NCBI GenBank assembly: GCA_051382335.1
Contig: JBBCAX010000250.1
Location: 27,498 to 91,497 of the forward strand
Direction: 5' to 3'
DNA: 64,000 nt
DNA from: Deltaproteobacteria bacterium TL4
GTDB taxonomy: Bacteria; SAR324; NAC60-12
Positions 58,175-64,000 of the stretch are shown here, piece after piece; the stretch's first letter is position 1; each line of letters starts with the position of its first letter. Under the pieces are notes generated by a model. That model was not told the DNA's origin. It did not search any database and saw nothing but the letters and a program-made list of their open reading frames with translations. The position numbers were made by a program, and so were the translations under genes.

Positions 58175-60727
58175 ATGAGATGGGCTATCAATCAATTCTA
58201 TCCTCTATCAGAAAGCAAGAAAGCAGGTACGCAAATCGTAGTGACCTTGCTTCAATGCTACCCCTTAACAAGAGCGTGCTTGGAAAGTCTGGGAAAACGC
58301 CTGTTGAGTGAATTGGAATGGGGATTTTTTACGTCAGAGATCGAATTTATCCAAGAAGGCATTTCAGGCAAGGATATGTTCCTGTTGTGTCAAGGTAAAG
58401 TCGATGTATTGGTGAATCAGCAGTTTGTGGTTCAAATGAAGGCCCCTGAATTGTTGGGGGATAAAGCGTTGGTAGATCCTCAATCCAAAAGAGCGGCAAC
58501 CATCAGAGCTTCTGAAAATGAACGGATTTTACTCATAAAAATTCCGATGGAGTCTTTTGTTCGGAATTTTAATTCAAAAATTCCAGATAGTGAATTTGCT
58601 CAGGAAATGGGGATTTATAGCAGTGTTTTTCAAACGATTCAACATCGCCTTTTTGAATTTATTTATCTACAAAAAAACACTTGGGAAGAAGTAAGTACGA
58701 CTTTAAAACTGATCAATAGCCAATTTATCGCGAAAACGCTGGATAACAAGCGTCCCCTGAATTGGGATCTGCTCACCTGGACTTATGTCAAAAAATATCT
58801 GGCAGAAAAACTGCATTTTGCCTGGCCTCGTCAACTGGAACTGAACGCTCAAAGTTTAAGGGATAATCTTTATGACCTGCTGGAATTGCGGCATCCGCGA
58901 CAAGACTTTGCTGGGAATGAGTTCCAATATCTGGTTTACAAAAATGAAGTTTGGAGAGAATGGTTAATGGAATTGAGTGAAGCGGTACTGAGAGAGTTAC
59001 CAGCCGAAGAACGTCCTTTTCAAATTCATGATGTCGAATTATTTAACCCCAGAAACTATCACGTTCGTATTTCCAATGTGTTACGCGGTATTGAAAGTCA
59101 TTTCACGCCTAAAAAGCCACCTTTGCCGTTCAGTGAGTTTTTTGAGAAAGGGGAACACGCGCATGAGTTTGATTTAAATGCTTACCTTTCAAATTTTGAA
59201 AATACCTTCCAAATAAAGTCCCCTAAAAGGGCGCAAGCTCAGGTAGCGCAACGGATGGCTTCTATTGCGGCGGAATGTGAAAATCAATTCAATGCGTCCT
59301 TGGTGAAGATGCATCTGTTTTTGGAAAAGGCCAAAAGTAAAGCCATTGTGGTTTCTGAAAGTCAGGTTGAAGCCGAACGCCTGGAAAACAAAGCCCAAAA
59401 ATACATTGCCATGATCTTGAAAGGCATCCATCGATACTCCAAAGCCACGAATCTTGCCACCTCAAAAAAAAATGTCTCTATCAAATACACGCCGACTCAA
59501 ACACCGACCATGAAGACACTTTGCAATGCGTCGGGTTCCAAAGCCATGCAAATGGAAATCAACCATGCGTTCCAACGCCTTACAACACTGTTTGAACTGA
59601 CAAACAAAAAAATCAGTTATGCCTTTATCAGAGAGAGTGTGGGGATCTGTCAAGTTAGCTTAGGGGATGATATTCCCTCTTCCGAACTTGAATGTCATTA
59701 TTGGATTCCGCTTTCTCAGCCCGTTTGTTTGATGCGGGACATTGATAACTTAGGGCAACTTAAACCCGGATGTCTGATCGGGGGAGAGACCTGGCTGGAA
59801 CCCTCTGAAGATCCGGAAAAAGCAACGCCAAACCCTTATTTTATCCGGAATCAAGTTACTCAACCTACACTGTTTTTGGTGTTTTCACAAACCTCTATGC
59901 CCTGGGCTTTCGAAAATAAACCTAATTTTGATAAATTCCTCAATAGTCACTTGCCTCTAATGCAGTGGTTTTTTGATAAGCACCTTGAACAAATACTCTA
60001 TTGGGTGGAACAACGGGATCGACTTTTTCAAAAGAAATTGGAAGTGGAGCAAATTATTCGACTCGAATCAAAAATTAAAGCCTTTGAACAATCACATGTT
60101 CAACTGGATTCCGCTCATTACCGCTTGGTATGTCGCTTGTTAAAAAATACTTTTTCTGTGCCAATCGATCCTCAAACTCCAATAGCCATGGATCAAATCG
60201 CTAAAAAAGTTTACAATCATTTGATTCGTCAAATTGGAGAGGAACATCCGGAACTTAGGCTTGAAGAACGAGGAAACCAGGCTTACACCCAATGGCGCTA
60301 TGTTTTGAGTGAAATCGTTCATTTACTGGAACGTTATACCCCAAAAAATAAGGACAATGAAAAACCACCGCTACCCATCTTTGAGATCATTGTTTCCGAT
60401 TTAAAAGAACTCGATCAAAAAGTGCTTAAAGATAGCAAACAAACCTATGATGAGTTGTTAGGAGAACACCCCACGCTTAATCTTTTGAACATCGTTGAGG
60501 AAGAGTCACTTCCCAGTCCTTATCTGATGATTGATTATTTTCGAAAACGATTGCGTGTGTTATCGAAACACATTCAACACTTAGCCAGTGAATCCTTTGA
60601 CTATGCTCAACAAATTCAACAACTCAACCAGAAACGTCCTGAAGTCGCGACAGAAGGGACAAGAATTGAGTACATTCAATCCAATGTGGAAAAATTAGTG
60701 CATTATCTCGAGATCGAATCCTCATAG
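58175..60727 (+). CDS. Large hypothetical protein with N-terminal cyclic-nucleotide-binding domain
   Basis: FIQEGISGKDMFLLCQGKVDV...LLGDKAL...KRAATIRA; remainder unrecognised. Start ATG 58175 after AAGGAG. Confidence 0.78.
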   Translation: MRWAINQFYPLSESKKAGTQIVVTLLQCYPLTRACLESLGKRLLSELEWGFFTSEIEFIQEGISGKDMFLLCQGKVDVLVNQQFVVQMKAPELLGDKALVDPQSKRAATIRASENERILLIKIPMESFVRNFNSKIPDSEFAQEMGIYSSVFQTIQHRLFEFIYLQKNTWEEVSTTLKLINSQFIAKTLDNKRPLNWDLLTWTYVKKYLAEKLHFAWPRQLELNAQSLRDNLYDLLELRHPRQDFAGNEFQYLVYKNEVWREWLMELSEAVLRELPAEERPFQIHDVELFNPRNYHVRISNVLRGIESHFTPKKPPLPFSEFFEKGEHAHEFDLNAYLSNFENTFQIKSPKRAQAQVAQRMASIAAECENQFNASLVKMHLFLEKAKSKAIVVSESQVEAERLENKAQKYIAMILKGIHRYSKATNLATSKKNVSIKYTPTQTPTMKTLCNASGSKAMQMEINHAFQRLTTLFELTNKKISYAFIRESVGICQVSLGDDIPSSELECHYWIPLSQPVCLMRDIDNLGQLKPGCLIGGETWLEPSEDPEKATPNPYFIRNQVTQPTLFLVFSQTSMPWAFENKPNFDKFLNSHLPLMQWFFDKHLEQILYWVEQRDRLFQKKLEVEQIIRLESKIKAFEQSHVQLDSAHYRLVCRLLKNTFSVPIDPQTPIAMDQIAKKVYNHLIRQIGEEHPELRLEERGNQAYTQWRYVLSEIVHLLERYTPKNKDNEKPPLPIFEIIVSDLKELDQKVLKDSKQTYDELLGEHPTLNLLNIVEEESLPSPYLMIDYFRKRLRVLSKHIQHLASESFDYAQQIQQLNQKRPEVATEGTRIEYIQSNVEKLVHYLEIESS

Positions 60728-60909
60728 GAGACCTAAAACCCTCTAAATCTATTCAGAAAACTCATCCTGTTGCGTGATCCATTTAAACAACGCTGTTTCA
60801 GGAGTGCCAAAGCTTGCTTTGGCCAGAAAAGCGATGGCCTTTCCTTGGATTTGGCCAAAGCAAGCTTTGGCACTCTTTTCTATCAAACTTTTTGACAAGG
60901 ACAATGAAG

Positions 60910-61371
60910 ATGGGATTGAAAATATATTTTGCCGGATCGATTCGTGGTGGAAGGGACGACGCCGCCTTTTATTCCGCTATGATTGCGTTCTTGCGCACTT
61001 TTGGCGAGGTATTGACGGAGCATGTAGGTGACCCGGCGCTGACGGAAAAAGGCGATGATGGACCCAATGATCGTTTTATCCATGACCGCGATATGGCATG
61101 GTTGAAGCGTTGTGATCTTGTAGTGGCCGAGGTCACCAAGCCTTCCCTGGGGGTCGGTTATGAGTTGGGATGGGCCGCTGCCTGGAACAAACCCACCCTG
61201 TGCCTGTTTCGTAGCGATTCCCAAGGAACACTTTCCGCTATGATCGCAGGCAGCTCTTCTTTGGAGACGGTTATGTATTCTAACCTTACAGAAGCTCAGC
61301 AACACATGACCGCCTTCATTACCCATAATTTGCCTTTACATTGCTCTGCACAGAAGGATGGTATTGAGTGA
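60910..61371 (+). CDS. 2'-deoxynucleoside 5'-phosphate N-hydrolase (DNPH1/RCL, nucleoside deoxyribosyltransferase family)
   Basis: KIYFAGSIRGGRDD, VLTEHV, VAEVTKPSLGVGYELG, LSAMIAG. Start 60904 or 60910. Confidence 0.9.
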   Translation: MGLKIYFAGSIRGGRDDAAFYSAMIAFLRTFGEVLTEHVGDPALTEKGDDGPNDRFIHDRDMAWLKRCDLVVAEVTKPSLGVGYELGWAAAWNKPTLCLFRSDSQGTLSAMIAGSSSLETVMYSNLTEAQQHMTAFITHNLPLHCSAQKDGIE

Positions 61372-63215
61372 GCACTCCACTTGAATTACTGGCCCCAGCA
61401 AGAAATGCGGAAATCGGCATGGCTGCTATAGATCATGGTGCTGACGCCGTGTATATCGGTGCTCCGCAATTCAGTGCCAGGGCCCAGGCCGGCCAGACAA
61501 TTGCCGAAATCACTGAATTAATCCAATATGCCCACTTTTTTCATGCCCGCGTCTATGTCGCCCTCAACACCATCCTGACGGATCAAGAACTTCCACAAGC
61601 ACTGGAGATCCTTCGCTCAGTAGAGGCCATCGGAGCCGATGGTCTGATCATTCAGGATGTGGGACTGTTGGAACTCGATTTACCCCCCATCCCTCTCATC
61701 GCCAGCACCCAAATGCATAATGTCACTCCCGAAAAGGTGAAATTTTTGCAGGAGGTAGGTTTTCAAAAGGTTGTTTTGGCACGAGAACTCTCCCTGGAGC
61801 AGATCGCGGCCATCCGAGCCCAGACTTCGGTAGAACTGGAAGCCTTTGTCCACGGCGCTCTGTGTGTTTCCTACAGCGGGCAATGTTACCTGAGTCATTT
61901 TGCCTGCGGTCGCAGTGCCAATCGAGGGATCTGCTCCCAACCATGCCGCCATTCTTATACCCTGAAAGACGGTGACGGTAAAACAATCATTAGCGATAAG
62001 CACCTTCTTTCCCTGAAAGACATGAATCGCTTGGATTCTATTGCAGACCTGGTAGCGGCGGGAGTGACCTCCTTTAAAATTGAAGGACGCTACAAGGATA
62101 TCGATTATGTGAAAAATATTACGGCGACCTACCGGTTGGCTCTGGACCGCTTTATTTCTGAGCATCCGACCTATCGCCGTGCCAGCAGTGGTACCTGCGC
62201 TTTCGCTTTCCAACCGGATCCGGAAAAAACCTTCAACCGCGGCTATACCTCTTATTTCCTCAAGGGCGACAGGGAGAAACCCGCCTCCTTGCATACCCCG
62301 AAATCCATGGGACAATTCATCGGAAAGGTCGAAGTCCTAGGACGGGATTTTTTTCAAATCCGCGACCATGACCTGCAAAACGGTGATGGTCTTTGTTTCC
62401 TCACGCCCAAAGAGACCTTGGTGGGATGCCGTGTAGATCAGGTGAAACAGCGCAGGGTCTATCCTAACAACATGCGGGATTTGGCTATAGGCACCGCCAT
62501 CTTTCGCAATTTTGATTCTGCTTTTTCTCGTGCTTTGAAGCAGTCATCCCATTGTCGAACCATTGGTGTTGATATGGAATTTCGCCAGGAGCAAGGGGAC
62601 CTACGCCTCAAGATAAAAGATGAGAACGGAGTGATGGTGGAATATTCGCGGGAGGCTTTATTTGAAGAAGCTCACGATCCAATCCGCGCCCGTAGCAATA
62701 TCGAGACACAACTGCTTCGCGTGGGAGATACGCCTTACCAGGTCAAAACGGTGAAGATTTACCCCCAGGAGCCAGGGTTTATCCCCTTAAGTATCCTCAA
62801 TGATATTCGTCGCCAGACCCTTGCTATGCTCACCCAGGCTAGAATAGATCATTATTGCCGGAATTCTGTGAGGATCATCCCCAGTACCGTCCCCTACCCT
62901 GAGACCGAATTGGATTATCGCACCAATGTATTAAACACCGAGGCCGAAAAATTCTATGCCCGTCACGGTGCACGGGTCCGGGAAAGAGCCGTGGAATCGC
63001 AGGCCGATTCAACACCTGCCCCACGCTTAGCCAGAACGGTTATGACCACTCGCTACTGCCTTCTTTATCAATTGGACGCCTGCCTGAAGTTCGGTCCAGG
63101 TAAGTCGAAAAACATTTTTAAGCAGCCTTTGAGGATTTTTGACAGAGGACATAGTTACCGGCTTGAATTTGAATGCAGAGCATGCCAAATGCTGGTTATC
63201 CCGGAAGGAACTTGA
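61368..63215 (+). CDS. rlhA: U32 family Fe-S protein with DUF3656; RlhA-type 23S rRNA ho5C2501 synthase
   Basis: LELLAPA, GADAVYIG, ASTQ, HGALCVSYSGQCYLS, RSANRGICSQPCR, FKIEGR, FNRGYT, C-terminal Cys cluster. Confidence 0.85.
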   Translation: MSTPLELLAPARNAEIGMAAIDHGADAVYIGAPQFSARAQAGQTIAEITELIQYAHFFHARVYVALNTILTDQELPQALEILRSVEAIGADGLIIQDVGLLELDLPPIPLIASTQMHNVTPEKVKFLQEVGFQKVVLARELSLEQIAAIRAQTSVELEAFVHGALCVSYSGQCYLSHFACGRSANRGICSQPCRHSYTLKDGDGKTIISDKHLLSLKDMNRLDSIADLVAAGVTSFKIEGRYKDIDYVKNITATYRLALDRFISEHPTYRRASSGTCAFAFQPDPEKTFNRGYTSYFLKGDREKPASLHTPKSMGQFIGKVEVLGRDFFQIRDHDLQNGDGLCFLTPKETLVGCRVDQVKQRRVYPNNMRDLAIGTAIFRNFDSAFSRALKQSSHCRTIGVDMEFRQEQGDLRLKIKDENGVMVEYSREALFEEAHDPIRARSNIETQLLRVGDTPYQVKTVKIYPQEPGFIPLSILNDIRRQTLAMLTQARIDHYCRNSVRIIPSTVPYPETELDYRTNVLNTEAEKFYARHGARVRERAVESQADSTPAPRLARTVMTTRYCLLYQLDACLKFGPGKSKNIFKQPLRIFDRGHSYRLEFECRACQMLVIPEGT

Positions 63216-63408
63216 CAGCAAGAGATCAGGTGTTTTCGAATTCAGAGGACACAAGTGTGCCCTGAATGAACATCGTAAGGTGTTCATTTTGAATCTATAC
63301 TGAGCAAGGGCAAACTTTGTGATTTTTTGATACATAGGATACAGGTCTCAACATAGATACCATGAGCAATCTTTTTTCTTCATTACCGAAGAGCCTTCTG
63401 GCTGAACT

Positions 63409-63531
63409 GGCTATAGTCATCGTTTCGCCAATGTCCCTTCGGCTTCGCTCAGGGAACGCACTCGGAGGCTGAGCGGAGTCGAAGCCGGATTTCAAAGATA
63501 GCTGCCTTTTGGCGAAACGATGACTATAGCC
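63409..63531. mobile_element. 123-bp MITE with perfect 23-bp TIRs and 8-bp target-site duplication
   Basis: GGCTATAGTCATCGTTTCGCCAA / TTGGCGAAACGATGACTATAGCC; GCTGAACT at 63401-63408 and 63532-63539. Confidence 0.93.
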
Positions 63532-63566
63532 GCTGAACTTTTTATTTTTTTATTTAATGTCGTGCC

Positions 63567-63624
63567 TACTTAATCAATGGCTGTCCTTTTTATTGTACTT
63601 AATCAATGGCTGTCCTTTTTATTG
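63567..63624 (+). repeat. Perfect 29-bp tandem duplication
   Basis: TACTTAATCAATGGCTGTCCTTTTTATTG twice. Confidence 0.95.
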
Positions 63625-63702
63625 ACCTAACATCTTGGTGGATAAGATTACTGACCATGCTAGTGTTACCGTATTACCTACGACTTGAGTAAGGAGAATA
63701 TT

Positions 63703-63876
63703 ATGCAAACAACGACAAGCAAATTTACCAAGAAATATCAGGCTACGGTACCTGAAGTTGTAAGAAAAGAACTGAAACTCAAGGCTGGTGATATAATTGC
63801 TTTTGAAATTGATAATGACATCACTCAGCAAGGGACAGCGTCCAAAAATCAACTGTTCCGAAAAATTAAAATTTGA
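63703..63876 (+). pseudogene. AbrB/MazE/SpoVT antitoxin, apparently 3'-truncated
   Basis: TSKFTKKYQATVPEVVRKELKLKAGDIIAFEID with AAGGAG RBS. The AbrB pattern stops before the last strand, and no toxin ORF follows within the window. Confidence 0.7.
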
Positions 63877-64000
63877 AGCAGGCCGCAATCGCTTGACATA
63901 GCGTTTTTGTCATGTTAGTGAAAAACTCAACAGGGGGCGCGTCCAACCGATGGGGGAGTGTCTTGAGATACCTAAGGGGGTTTTCTAATTTAGCCTATAG

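Noticed and set aside
56495..61371. Patatin + cNMP-binding + nucleotide hydrolase as a CBASS/Pycsar-like defence system
   Set aside because: No cyclase/CD-NTase; the patatin is DUF3336 TAG-lipase type and is divergently transcribed; the genes do not form one operon.
63567..63624. 29-bp repeat as a CRISPR repeat
   Set aside because: Head-to-tail duplication with no spacer.

Overview
About 64 kb of bacterial chromosome, roughly 42-45% GC by eye, with about 49 credible CDS. No rRNA, intact tRNA, CRISPR array, transposase or phage gene was recognised. The gene content suggests a deltaproteobacterium-like organism, possibly SAR324 (inference only). Housekeeping genes (cca, mutL, yacG, deaD, alr, an Slt transglycosylase, cvpA, rlhA) are interleaved with many signalling genes: two hybrid histidine kinases, a CheA-like kinase without CheW, an MCP, two PilZ proteins, two STAS proteins and a large cNMP-binding orphan. 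A lipid set is also present (MaoC-FabG4-thiolase operon, dienoyl-CoA isomerase, patatin lipase, Sfp-type PPTase). Intergenic DNA carries several small non-autonomous elements. One has perfect 23-bp TIRs and an 8-bp target duplication, and several have a REP-like hairpin doublet nested in an inverted-repeat shell. There is also a probable group II intron maturase scrap and a truncated AbrB antitoxin. The best candidates for undescribed biology are (i) the pseudoREC-cNMP-PAS-HPt-HATPase kinase, (ii) the ~850-aa cNMP-domain orphan, (iii) the coupled DNPH1/RCL-RlhA pair and (iv) the TIR-shell/REP-core elements. All calls come from reading motifs by eye; no searches were run, and no clearly new system can be proven from the sequence alone.
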